A DNA stretch of 64,000 bases, from positions 79,670,001 to 79,734,000 of the forward strand of contig NW_026262723.1 in NCBI RefSeq assembly GCF_021869535.1, read 5' to 3'. Origin of the DNA: Mytilus californianus. Lineage: Eukaryota. Numbering within the stretch: the first letter of the stretch is position 1; every line of letters starts with the position of its first letter. The notes beneath the pieces were generated by a model, which saw only the letters and a program-made list of their open reading frames with translations, searched no databases and had not been told where the DNA came from. This document shows, in pieces, positions 13,000-24,745 of the stretch. The translations under genes and the position numbers were made by a program.

Positions 13000-14295
13000 A
13001 CAAACAAAAACTGAGAGAATCGCATGTACTCCCAAATTAGTGAGTCATACTCCTGGTTGCATCACCCGCCATGAGAATGCACACTAAGTCAAAATGACAC
13101 CATCGGGAATATGATACAATCGGTAAAATACATATCTGACTACTATTTTGGTTACTAAAGATCTAAAGCAACGAATACATGACTATATGTCGCTATAGAG
13201 TTGAGAAACGGACCAACCGTATCGGTCAACCAATTCGTGAAGGTGACCTAAAACTTATGAAGTGTCCATTTCAGTCGTTCTTTGTCATAATTCTGTTAGA
13301 GCAGGTTTTGTGCAAGAAGCACACCACTGTTGATGAAGTCCGTATAGTTTGAACATGCGCGAGCGTAAAGTTTAAAAAAAAGTAAAATAAAAAAATACCG
13401 AACTCTGAGGAAGATTCAAAACGGAAAGTCCCTAATCAAATGGCAAAATTAAAAGCTCAAACACATCAAACGAATGGATAACAACTGTCATATTCCTGAC
13501 TTGGTACAGGCATTTTCTTACGTAGAAAATGGTGGATTAAACCTGGTTTTATATCTAGCTAAGCCTCTCACTTGTATGACAGTCGCATAAAATTCCATTA
13601 TATTGACAACGATGTGTGAACAAAACAAACAGACATAATATGTAAAAATGTCAAAATAGGGGTACAACAGTCAACTGAGATGTGTAATCGTCATACGATT
13701 ATACAGATAGTATTTTACTGCTGAGAAATAGGAAATCGACAATTTGAAAGTTGAAATTATCACGTTTGTCATAGATTCTTGTTTGTGTAATCGGTGAAAT
13801 TTAAAGATAAAAAAATGAAGCAGATTTATTAGTTTCGGTAGTATCCTTAATCTCCAGTTCAATGCGATATATAAGATGCAAGCACTCGCTGAAAAGTGTG
13901 TTATTGAGTGACAGGACACCATCAATATATCTGAAAGTGAAATTAAAAAACTTTGCAAGATTTGTTATGCTATTGAGAAGGTTCTGTATAAATTTTGCTT
14001 CACATGAGTACAAAAACAAGTTGGCCAGTATTAGGTGCACAATTAATTTCCATTGAAATACCGACTGTCTGTTGAAATATTAATCCACCAAACTCAACAA
14101 ATATGCTGTCGATAAAAAAAAGTACAGCATTTTAATGATATCATCTTCGGTGTATTTGGTATTGGAATCCACACAAAGTACAATTTTTCATTACTTAAAA
14201 CAAGGAATTTGTATCTACGATTCCCATTTTTGTAGAAAAAACTCTCTGTTTAATGATACGATGTACTCGATTATTCAATTGCGCAAGGGGACAAT
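13000..14295 (-). mobile_element. Decayed Penelope-like retroelement: RT core, thumb and 3' tail, interrupted by a ~300-bp insertion
   Basis: Minus-strand peptides in colinear order, with stops and frameshifts: KNGNRRYKFLVL, IIKML..IDSIFVEFGGLIFQQTVGISMEINCAP, LANLFLYSCEAKFIQ, FNFTFRYIDGVLSLNN (YIDD mutated to YIDG), IYDKRDNFNFQIV, SQL / YARACSNYTDF, KF*GHLHELVDRYGWSVSQL. Confidence 0.88.
13368..13672 (+). mobile_element. Abundant ~300-bp non-autonomous element inserted into the Penelope-like ORF
   Basis: aactctgaggaagattcaaaacggaaagtccctaatcaaatggcaaaa...ggggtacaacagtcaac. Other copies at ~2850-2940, ~12320-12450 (-), ~19870-20125 (-), ~31990-32110 (-), ~35150-35280 (+). Confidence 0.8.
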
Positions 14296-14799
14296 CATCA
14301 ATTATAAATGAATACAAGAAGATCAAGAGGTCAGCATGCGGTCTTCAACAATAAACAGATGTTTACAATATGCCGAAGTGGGTTTTAAACTGTGTGTAAC
14401 TTAGTATTTCCACCGTAAATATTTCATTTTCTTTTATCTAACCTCGAGGTGAAGATTTTGTAAAAATTCCCTTTTTTGTAAGAAATTAACAAGGGCAAAG
14501 CTTATTTCGTGAAATGAATGAAGCCTTCATGATAGAAGTGTCAAAATTTTTCTCTTTTGAAAATAGAAAATAAAAAGAAATCACCTTTGTTGTCTTCTTG
14601 TCACATAAACATTAAAACAAAATGACATTATATTCTTGTAAAATTACATTTATAAGCTATGATACCTTTTACATTGAAATTTGAATGCATTTTTAAATGT
14701 TAACTGAGATATTATTAATGCATGCAATTTATTCATGCACGAGGGACATATATTTCAAATTACAAAAACAGCATATTTCGATAAGTAAATATTTGTATT

Positions 14800-14900
14800 T
14801 TCATTTAAACATGATGGAAAAGGTTATGTCATCTCTTTGGAGGTTTTACGGACAACATCATGATTTGATCGGCTGTCATAAAATACCTGCTATAGAAGAA
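14800..14900 (+). pseudogene. Penelope-like RT thumb fragment
   Basis: KVMSSLWRFYGQHHDLIG resembles the LKSSLRKFYGRHHDLVDRY thumb motif also seen at 13200-13260. Confidence 0.6.
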
Positions 14901-16161
14901 CCAATGGTATTGCCAACTTGATGAGGACATAGGTCACAATCCCTCTTGTTTTTTTTTTTGCCTATGAAATCCCCAATTGTGACTTCTCACCGGATGTGTA
15001 TATGCTGCTAAGGCGGCTGGGGTGTCTTCCACCATCTTGGATTTTGAAGTAGCAGATAACAATTGGTCTAGATCTTTAATGAAATGTGCAAATTTTGAGA
15101 GTAGTATGTAGTGTGTAAGACTTTTCATGTTGATATAGAAAATTAAATGTTTTATCATATTTACGGCTGTATTTTCTATAAAACACAATATGTTTATTTG
15201 ATTCATTTTTTTTCAACTTTGCCACATAAGGGGAGATAACTCAGAAAGTATGGGAGATAACTCAGATTAAGTAATTTTTATAATAGAAAGTGTTGTGAAT
15301 TTACCTATTTTAATATGTGGCAAGAAAACAAGTCCGGTAACCCCATTTTTTCTTTTTCATATCTGAAAGCATGTTATAAGAGCTATCTTCTCACATTTTA
15401 TCCTAAAACTCTATGGTGTAGTTTTCTTTTTATCACACAAAATTGTATTTGTCATAAATAATCTATACAAAATATGACAATTTTTCACCACCTGTAGCGT
15501 GAAAAAAGTCCGGTGACCCATACTTTTATTAAATTTTGGAAAAAAGCATGATAAAAACTATATTTTGACAAATAATTAAAAAAATCTGTGGATTTTAATA
15601 AAGACCCCCCCCCCCCCCCCGTCCACCTTAACGCAAAGGGGTGCCATAAGTGGCACAGGAATTACTTACATTTCTGGAGGACTCGAGTTCTTTGCTGGTC
15701 TTAGACTGGTTACGAGCCTCTCAGTTTTTAAAATTTTTCCATGCAGTGGGCTTTGTCCTTTTTTTTCTTTTGATCATTTTGTTGTGTGTGTTTCTTCGAA
15801 ATTGTTTTAATTGCCTCCTTTGTAGTTATCTCTATAATTACGGTTTGAAATAATACTAAAATGTGTCATACATGTTCTTTTTGTAATTAAATATTGTTCA
15901 TAGATGCCACTTGGAGCCTCCAGATTTCCAGTAAATGATCATGAGCTGACGATTCTTCATCTGGTCTTTTCGTGTCCTCTAGTTTTTGTTTAATCACTGA
16001 ACAGCGATTTCCAAGTTACTTGAGTAAACGTTTTATCTGTGCACTTTCATTTAATTCATTATATGCTTTGATTTTCATCGGCTTCCGATATATTTTAAAA
16101 GATAATTTTCTGGAAATAACTTGTAAAATTTTATAGTATTTAATATTAATGGATTTTGTAG

Positions 16162-16239
16162 GATTGGGCAGACTTTGATATCCCATTGACAACTACTAGC
16201 GATGAAGCCAGTAAACAGTTCGATGCTGTGTTAACTCAG
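16162..16239 (+). CDS. TTC38: TTC38 exon 2
   Basis: ttttgtag|DWADFDIPLTTTSDEASKQFDAVLTQ|gtaag; homologous to human [26 protein letters not shown]. Confidence 0.93.
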
Positions 16240-16399
16240 GTAAGATATAGCGGTCACTCATATAACAAATTGCTATAATGTGATCCACACTTCATTCGGA
16301 TTTTATCCTACAAAACTTACGATGCCCTATTTTTATGAAACTTTTAAGTGTGACTTGTATAAATCCCGGCTAAATCTAGCAAATAAAATCATTTAGATG

Positions 16400-17105
16400 T
16401 TCACAAAAGCGCTTCGTACTCATATTATTTATGAAGTGTTATTTTCATTCTTTTTATAGCACTTATATATATATTGTATCGATACTGATGCTATTGGACT
16501 ATCAGTCCACGAGGCTTTTGGACTATCAGTCCACGAGGCTATTGGACTATCAGTCCACGAGGCTATTGGACTATCAGTCCACGAGGCTATTGGACTATCA
16601 GTCCACGAGGCTATTGGACTATCAGTCCACGAGGCTATTGGACTATCAGTCCACGAGGCTATTGGACTATCAGTCCACGAGGCTATTGGACTATCAGTCC
16701 ACGAGGATAAGGCTATTGGACTATCAGTCCACGAGGATATTGGACTATCAGTCCACGAGGATATTGGACTATCAGTCCACGAGGATATTGGACTATCAGT
16801 CCACGAGGATATCATCAGCGCAGTAGTTAGTGTTTCTGTACTGGCATGATTTAAAACAAAACTTTCTTAAATTGTCCATTTATAAATTTATGAATTGATA
16901 AGAAACTAAGATTCCAACTCCTTTAGACAAAGTTGACCTTTGATGGATTTTGCTATTATTTTAAGATCCCTTTTGGACATTTAGCTGTATCATGTTTCCA
17001 TTCTAATTCATCCTTGGCTTTCAAATACTTGACTTTGAGCGTTCCTGAACGTAACTTCAGAAAAGGCGATTCAGACGCATGCAATGTATCCAGTGTCATT
17101 TTCAC
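16400..17105 (+). mobile_element. Retrozyme-like monomer bounded by hammerhead remnants, with internal minisatellite expansion
   Basis: Left remnant acaaaagcgcttcgtactc (~16403-16421); right remnant gcgttc-CTGA..-GAAA-a-ggcga-TTC-agacgc (17039-17078). The body is colinear with 27030-27460. Confidence 0.7.
16490..16807. repeat. 24-bp minisatellite, 13 units, each with a tggact-atc-agtcca hairpin
   Basis: gctattggactatcagtccacgag x13 plus one 6-bp insertion (13x24+6=318 bp). No spacers. Confidence 0.97.
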
Positions 17106-17399
17106 TGTTTCACAAGACAGTCAGTTATCTGTATTTTTTATCTTTTACTTTGGTCTTAGAGCTTTAAACTTTAAACTTCTTTCTTTTAACTAAAATTTTC
17201 AAAAAATGCCGAGATAGATAAATTTGGATCTTATCATTAATATTTCGAGATGAGCGATATTCCAATTTACATATTTATGAAGTCAAAGTATGTGGTCTTC
17301 AGAGCTTTTGGTTTTTTGTTGTTGTAAAGGTGCAAGTAGTACAATATCAATATTTTATCTCAACATTTGAAATATGAATTAATATATATTCTTATTTAG

Positions 17400-17481
17400 T
17401 ATGTCGGATGGTACGAGGAAGACTCGGTTGGCGGTATCGATAACAGTATTAATAAAATGATTGAAGCAGACCCAGAGTTTG
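17400..17481 (+). CDS. TTC38: TTC38 exon 3
   Basis: atttag|YVGWYEEDSVGGIDNSINKMIEADPEF+G|gtaac. Confidence 0.93.
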
Positions 17482-18843
17482 GTAACTATTCTTTAACATC
17501 AAAGTTCAATTATGATATAAGATCGATTGATTAAATGAATGTGATGTGTATTGCCAATTTCAGTAGAGTACCAACTTCGAAGAAAAAAGAAACAAATTCA
17601 ATCAACAACAACAACAAAAACAATGAAAAAAAACCAAACAATCATCATGGCATAATTAGAAGTAAAACATATTTATTATTCGTTTTCTATGCTATACAAA
17701 GAACGATTAGTTTGATAATAAGATATGTAGAGGGAACGGAACCTATCTTTGCTATAACCATATTGTACAATATGCAATTGGCTCATCTCCGAATGAGCAA
17801 CACGACACTCTAGTTTTGTTTAAAAGGGGTTTATGTTGATTTTTGTTTTAGTTTTCAGTGTTGTACCTTGTACTTTTTATTTTTTTTATGTCTACCCTTT
17901 GTCCTGATAATTTTCAAAATTTCTCCTTCAGCCTAATTGATGGTTAGAAAATTTACATGACCGGTTGTTTACTAGTTGGCGATGTCTTAGGGTTAGAGTC
18001 AATTGACAATCCGTTAATACGTGATGCCTAATCACTTGATATAACTTATTAACAGTTTGTATAGAAGTAACACGATGGGTGTCACATTTCGAGTATGATT
18101 TGCTTACCATTATAGATCACCTTCCGAGATGGCCCTAGTGTATTGGTGGGATTAGTGTTGCTTAGTCTTTCGTTTTCTATGTTGTGTTTCGTAGACTGTT
18201 GTTTGTCTTTTGATGGTTTGTCTTTTTTTTGGCATGACATTTGTCAGTTTTTCGTCGACTTATAAGTTTGCATCTTCCGCCTCACTTTCACACTGGTGCG
18301 AAGGAGTTGCCGGCCTGGTTAACCATTTGGTTTCATTGTTAAGGGTTTGTTTTCTTTATCTTCTCAATATTTCCATTTTTGAACTTCTTCCATCCGGCAG
18401 TAAATCATGCATATGCTGAAGAGGTGTTCGGAATGCATAAATATAAACGCAGGAACGTCCTGTCGAATGGGGTATATAAGTCCGAAGCCTCGTGTGTATG
18501 TTGACCGCTTCGCTTTCTGTGTAAAATAACCCATAAAACAACTCTTTGACGGACCCGTAGGTGGTCTTTTGAGAGATAAAATCATTTCTGCATTTATACA
18601 GCAGACCCTCATTTTCCAGTGAAAGTCGAAACAAATATTTTCTCGTTCTGAATACGCATGCTATGTTTGACCCTGGTCGTTAAAATAACAACTACAATCA
18701 ATTAATTTATCTAAACCTTTGAAAATACTGATCCAGATTTGTATGTAGTGCGCACGTAAATTTGTATCAATCGTTTATATACGACATGTCTAATAAATAT
18801 TCTTATCTCTAAATATTCAAAATGTTTGGGATTCTGTCTGTAG

Positions 18844-19015
18844 TTTTGGGTCATGTAATGAAGAACGGATTAGAATTATCAAGCCTGTGTAAAAACATCA
18901 ACGCAAATGAAGAATTAAGAGAAGATATAAAGTGCATGGTTGATAAAGCTACAAAACAATATATAACAACAAGGGAGAAGAAGCATGTTTCAGCAGTTAA
19001 GCTCTGGGCAGAAGG
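18844..19015 (+). CDS. TTC38: TTC38 exon 4
   Basis: gtag|(V)LGHVMKNGLEL...TTREKKHVSAVKLWAEG|gtaaa; matches human TRREQLHVSAVETFANG. Confidence 0.93.
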
Positions 19016-19361
19016 GTAAATATTTTTCATCCGGCAAAAATTGAATAAAGAAGATCACCACATTGTTTTCATATTAAATTTGAAGCTGACATTTCAAACT
19101 CATAATACAAATGCATATTGGATGTGCAATAAGGTATATACAATTTGTAGAAAACATCACTATCTAAATCTCATATAAATAATAAATAATAAAGTTAGTC
19201 ATTTTTTTTTTGCATTGTTATTACTTTTAATAAAAAACATCTCCGCTAATAAAGTAATAAATGAAACAGTCATATCAAAGTGGACGATACTAAATTAAAT
19301 ACATTTATGTAAACAATCGGGGAATCAATTATATAAATCAAGAGAAAAAAATATAGTATAG

Positions 19362-19571
<210 letters not shown>

Positions 19572-19680
19572 TAGGAAATATATGGTTATTTTGAAAACCA
19601 TACCATATTTATTTCAATTGTTAATTAACTTTCATTGTTTACATTAGTTTGTAAAAAAAATAAAATAGTAAAGGTTTAAT

Positions 19681-19721
19681 CGTTCCTGATGACGGTAAAT
19701 CAAGAGAAGTGCTTCGGACGC
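19681..19721 (+). ncRNA. Near-intact minimal type I hammerhead ribozyme motif
   Basis: cgttc-CTGATGA-cggtaaatcaa-GAGA-a-gtgc-TTC-ggacg. Stem I cgttc/ggacg pairs fully (one G.U). The core has GAGA in place of GAAA, and stem II is poor. Confidence 0.65.
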
Positions 19722-22444
19722 ACGAAATATTTTAAAGTGTTATGTTCATTTTAAGAATAATTCATTTTTGTATTCTTGTCTTTCTTTTTTGCTTATGTAC
19801 TTTGTCTATAGTGTGTCTACATGCCATTTTGTTTTTCTTTGTTGAAATAGTTATTTGTTTTTATAGAGATAAGATTATAACACAATGTTGATTGCTGGAC
19901 CCCAATTTTTGACATTTTTACATATTAATATGTCTGCTTGTTTTGTTCACACATGGTTGTCAATATAATGGAATTTATGCGACTGTCGTACAAGTGAGAG
20001 GTTTAGCTAGCTATAAAACCAGCCATTCTTTTGATGTGTTTAAAGCTTTTGATTTTGTCATTTGATAAAGGACTTTCTGTTTTGAGTTTTCCTTGGAGTT
20101 CGGCATTTTTGTTATTTTACTTTTTTTTCATGTACAGAAAAGAAGATTATTGAAAGTCAAATATGTTTAGTTGTTCGAAATGTAGATAAGAACTATTATT
20201 TTGTTTAAATTAACCAAAATATGGTCAGGCACGTGCGACTGTTATAAATTTTTCTGTCTGCCCCATTCTGAATGCACAGAAGGACACGTATGATTATGAT
20301 ATAACTGATTATGTTTCTTCAAAAGAAGTGGCAGATGAAACAAGATAAAGACATTAAATATTTTACGGGAACTTGATTGGTTAATAGACGTTTTCAATAT
20401 CATAAAAACATAAACATGTTCACATTCCTGTCCCAAGTCTGCTTCCTCGTTAAGGGTTGTCCTTTGTCATATCTGAATGGATTTTCGTCATTTGGAGAAA
20501 TTGGTGTTAATGACAATCATTGTTAGTTTCTCTTAAATTTATACTTAGTACTTCTTACACTTGGAACGATTTAGAGCTTGATTTATTGTATAGACACCGG
20601 TCTATACCGTATGCTAACCCTTGAATGCCAACAAATTTTCACCTGTAATTTGTCGGCAGATCATAGAATGTAGACATTCAAGGAATAAACCGTTTAATTT
20701 ATGATAGAAAACATTGTTTCTATGTATGCATAGTATTTTTAAAAAAACCTTTAAGGCACACTATATAACATTTACTTACTTTAAAGTTTTCCTAATACCT
20801 CGTATTGTTCTACTTCATAACTGATACTGATATTCATCTGTTAGATTAACAATATTGCACCTCCTTTCCCTGCAACACCTACGACATCTTTTCCCTGCAA
20901 CAACTATATAAAAAGTATTATCTTTTGGCATAAAAGAGTGGAATAAATTTATACTCGCGCATCTTTTTATTAAAATTTTAAAATAGTACACCTTAACCTC
21001 AAAACTTGATCCGCCCTTGAAATGACAGGTGGTAAATTTTTCAGTTTTATTCAGATAAAGGTGTATCTAAATAAGTCTTTTATGGTCATATTCTTATTTC
21101 TGTAAACTGTGTCTTATTGTACAAAGACGAAGACATTCTTATTTTTGCAAACGAAGTAAAGGAATCATCGATATCCTGTCACACGATTGTCCGTTTAAAC
21201 GTAAAATGAATATACTAATGTATAGATATGAGCAGTTTCCACAGAATAAAAGTAACAATGTTTAATTTTTGAAGGAAAATGAAGACCTCTAAAAGCATCA
21301 CACTACTACCTTTCCTTGCAATACATACTTTTTCTTATCAAAATATTTCCTGGACATTAAAAGTAAAATTGCAGGCTAAATTTGTCAGACTCATTCTAAT
21401 TCAACTATAATCTAATTAATTTATTATCTTTGTATACCGAGTCTTTTCCTGAAAGGACTTGGCGCTGGGCTGTCGGTGTTGTTGTTCTATGCCGTAATTG
21501 TAAAATACAGTAAAGTTTTTTTTGGGCCTTTTGCATTTCGGTATCAGTGTACTCGCTCTTATATTCAGAATTAAAGTAATTTCGACTGTTTTTCTTTAAA
21601 AGAGAATTGTCCTTCGATTAATAGTAGTTATTAAACTGAATAATAGATTCCTTACCATAAAATTGTCAATATCTTAGTTAATTTTCTTCCGTATTTATAC
21701 TTGGTTTTTATTGAAATTTAAACAATTTATATATTTACATCGTATGCAATCAATGGGAAAAATGACAGCATTACACTAAACTTTTTTGTGGTATATTTTG
21801 GATGAAATATATTACTCAAGGATTTTCATGCTATTTCAAGAATAAAAACTAGAAGTGTGAGTGAATGTAAAAAAAAAACCCCACTGTCCCGCAATACCAG
21901 AAATATATTGAAGCAAGTAAATTCGATTATCAGCACTGTAACATGTAGAGCCACGATTTTTGATTCCCTAATATTCTGAGATAGTGTTCTTTCATCAATG
22001 TTCGTCTCGCCGTCTAGGAGGATTTATACTTACAAGCAGCATGGACATAGAGACAAACGGACGAACGAATAGGACTATTTCTATATACACCCACAAAATC
22101 TTGTCATGGTTTAAATATTTCATTCCGTTAGATAACATAAAAATATTTTCGAACATTAAAATCGCAAGATCTTTCAGGATAACATGTGACTTTATTCTGT
22201 CTAATATTATCCCATTATTATATAATGCTTAATCATCATAACTATGTTAAAATATTAAATTTACCAATAAGAAATATACTCCTTAAATGCTGTACATTCA
22301 CAAGAAAAAAATGTTTTCTTTTTCGGGTACAATATTGTTTTTTCGACAATGAAATCAAAAAAATTCAAATGTATATAAGCAAGAAGAACATTGATTTAGT
22401 CATATAAATATTTGCAGAGTTTATTTATATTACTTTTTGTATAG

Positions 22445-22520
22445 ATACCTATTAGGAATGCATGCATTTGGACTGGAGGAAACGTGTTTGTATAATGAAG
22501 CAAAGAAACAAGCCGAAAGG
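22445..22520 (+). CDS. TTC38: TTC38 exon 6
   Basis: tgtatag|YLLGMHAFGLEETCLYNEAKKQAER|gtaat. Confidence 0.95.
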
Positions 22521-22744
22521 GTAATTACATATTTGAATATTAGCACTTTATACGTAAAAATCCTGTGCAAGCAATTCATACTAAATAAGCTGATCTGTTA
22601 TGCTGTATTACCTAGTTGATCATTCTTACACATGAAAACTGAAGTCAAGTACCGTGTAATCTTACTTTTAACCCAAAATCTTTAAACAAATTGGAATTAC
22701 ATGCATATGATATTAAATATTAAAAAAAATGTCCTGTTGCAATG

Positions 22745-22890
22745 GTGTGTCCATAACCTAAAAACTCCTCCATCAGGTATGAGAAAGAACGGCTGAATCG
22801 CGATCCGCACATTTGACGGTCACCATCATAAATTAGTTGACCGATATAATGTGTCTTTGTTTGAACACACGAGAGACATGTTTTCGAGGT
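22745..22890 (+). pseudogene. Penelope-like RT thumb fragment
   Basis: Frameshifted KLLHQ..YEKERL.. followed by GHHHKLVDRYNVSLFEHTRDMF. Confidence 0.7.
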
Positions 22891-23104
22891 CTCAGATCTT
22901 AAGACATGAGAAAAGTCGCCTGATTTGAAATTTACCAATTGTTTTCTATTTCCTGTGTGATATTTTTTGACTAAGTCTAGATTTGCAATGCGGATGATAC
23001 ATGCACAGCAGGTAAACTGTTGTTGCCTCTTCTTTTTCATTTGGCAAAATGTAGATGTTTTAGTTTTTCTTTTTTCCGTTTGTTAATGATTATTCTACTT
23101 TAAG

Positions 23105-23224
23105 GCACTAGAAATAAACAGACATGATGCCTGGGCCTCTCATGCTATGGCCCATGTGTATGAGATGACAGGAAAATATGATGAAGGAATCAAATTTATG
23201 TCCAGTACAGAGAATGATTGGAAG
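23105..23224 (+). CDS. TTC38: TTC38 exon 7
   Basis: tttaag|ALEINRHDAWASHAMAHVYEMTGKYDEGIKFMSSTENDWK|gtaaa. Confidence 0.96.
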
Positions 23225-23556
23225 GTAAATAAATATAAAGAGCAAAACAATCAAGATTCATAAAAGCAGACAAAAGAAAAAAGTAAGTGCACAATCACTC
23301 TTCTAATTTTGACTTTGGTTCGTCGATTAAACGAATTAATTGTTGTGGAGTATTTAGTTTTATTATTATTCAATCGAAATGGTAGATTACAGAGAATTAA
23401 ATTGTTATCAATAAATCTATGAAATAATGAAAACGTTGATATACAAAAATCATTAGGAATGTCAAGTTCTATAGTTTTCTGAGGTTAACTTTCTTAACTG
23501 ATATGCGAGATGTGGAGCAGGATCTACATGCATTCTCCGGAGCAATTTGGGATCAT

Positions 23557-23625
23557 CCCGGTTTTTTGGTTGGGTTCCTCCCGGTTTTTTGGTTGGGTTC
23601 CTCCCGGTTTTTTGGTTGGGTTCCT
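23557..23625. repeat. 23-bp perfect triplication inside a Penelope-tail repeat
   Basis: cccggttttttggttgggttcct x3. Confidence 0.9.
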
Positions 23626-24027
23626 GTTACCCAATCTTAAGTTTACTGTTTAGTGTTTTGAAGGCTGTTGCTTGTATGTTTGTCTTTCGTATTGTCGTTT
23701 TATCTTCGACATATGTATTTTGATTGTCATTTTGGTTTATTCTGTCTCTTCTGTATATTTTGAGAAGGCTTATTTATCTGGTAGGTCAATATTTTGGTTA
23801 AAAATAATTAAATGTGAAATAACAGACTCATCAGCCTTTTGTACATCATAAGTTTACCATCAATTGCCTGTTGACCAAGGAGGTAACTAGTGTTATAAAT
23901 GCATACATAACTATGACAAATGAATCAAGCTTAGGCAAAACATGATTTATTATACACACGTTATCAGCTTATAATTTCATAATTTTTTTATGAACTCAGG
24001 TGTCAACTCTCACTTGCTAATGTCATG

Positions 24028-24280
24028 TTAACAGTTTGTACTAACACGAGCAACAAGACGGGTGCCACATGTGGAGCAGGATCTGCTTACCCTTCCGGAG
24101 CACCTGAGATCACACCCGGTGTTTGGTGGGGTTCGTGTTGCTCAGTCTTTAGTTTTCTATGTTGTGTTTTGTGTACTATTGTTTGTCTGTTTGTCTTTTT
24201 CTTTTTTAGCCATGGCATTGTCAGTTTATTTTCGACTTGTGAGTTTGAATGTCTCTGTTTTATCTTTCGCCTCTCTTTTA
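24028..24280 (+). mobile_element. Abundant Penelope-tail-derived repeat (ggagcaggatctgcttacccttccggagcacc...), best copy
   Basis: Related copies at ~560-760, ~8880-9050 (-), ~18070-18290, ~23510-23750, ~32930-33250, ~33720-33915 (-), ~38380-38480 and ~48840-48925. Confidence 0.8.
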
Positions 24281-24406
24281 GAGAGTTATATTTGAGTACA
24301 CTTGGAATCAAACAAAACTAAACAAGAACAGTTCCTTTGGATCATATTCTGTACAAATATATACTAGTTTCATTTGTATTCCGTACATATTCATTCTCTT
24401 TTTCAG

Positions 24407-24466
24407 GTTTGTGGAATGACTTCATGTCACAATTATTGGCACTATGGTCTTTTCTATATAGAAAAG
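24407..24466 (+). CDS. TTC38: TTC38 exon 8
   Basis: tttcag|VCGMTSCHNYWHYGLFYIEK|gtaagt; the CHNYWH motif is conserved. Confidence 0.96.
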
Positions 24467-24480
24467 GTAAGTAAACGCAT

Positions 24481-24745
24481 CATAGATAGCAGGATTAAAA
24501 TTTTGTACACTAGACGCGCGTTTCGTCTACAAAAGACTCAGCAGTGACACTCGAATAAAAAAAGTTAAAAAGGCCAAAAACGATGTTGAAGAGAATTAAG
24601 GACCCGAAAGGTTTTGCCAAATACAGCTAAGTTAATTTATTTGTGGCGTAGAAAATCCTTAGTATTTCGAAAAATTCAATGTTTTGTAAACGGTTAATTT
24701 ATAATTTATAATTTCGACCATATCATTGATAACTCATGTAAGGTT
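24481..24745 (-). mobile_element. Retrozyme-like element (second family) carrying a hammerhead motif
   Basis: Distantly similar to the 16400 and 27030 monomers (aatactaagg vs aaactaag, ataaatt blocks); contains the hammerhead at 24507-24552. Confidence 0.6.
24507..24552 (-). ncRNA. Minimal type I hammerhead ribozyme motif, antisense to TTC38
   Basis: Minus strand: gagtgtca-CTGCTGA-gtct-tttgt-agac-GAAA-c-gcgc-GTC|tagtgt. Perfect 4-bp stem II, palindromic GCGC stem III loop, GUC triplet. The core has A6 to C and stem I is weak. Confidence 0.8.

Noticed and set aside
16490-16807. CRISPR array
   Set aside because: Units are contiguous with no unique spacers, there are no cas genes, and the context is eukaryotic.
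16429-16826. ORFs of RLLDYQST / IASWTDSP repeats on both strands
   Set aside because: By-product of a stop-free 24-bp repeat inside an intronic mobile element; no splice or homology support.
22720-23040. 106-aa minus-strand ORF as a nested gene
   Set aside because: The opposite strand carries the Penelope-like thumb peptide HHKLVDRYNVSL; the ORF is its antisense shadow.
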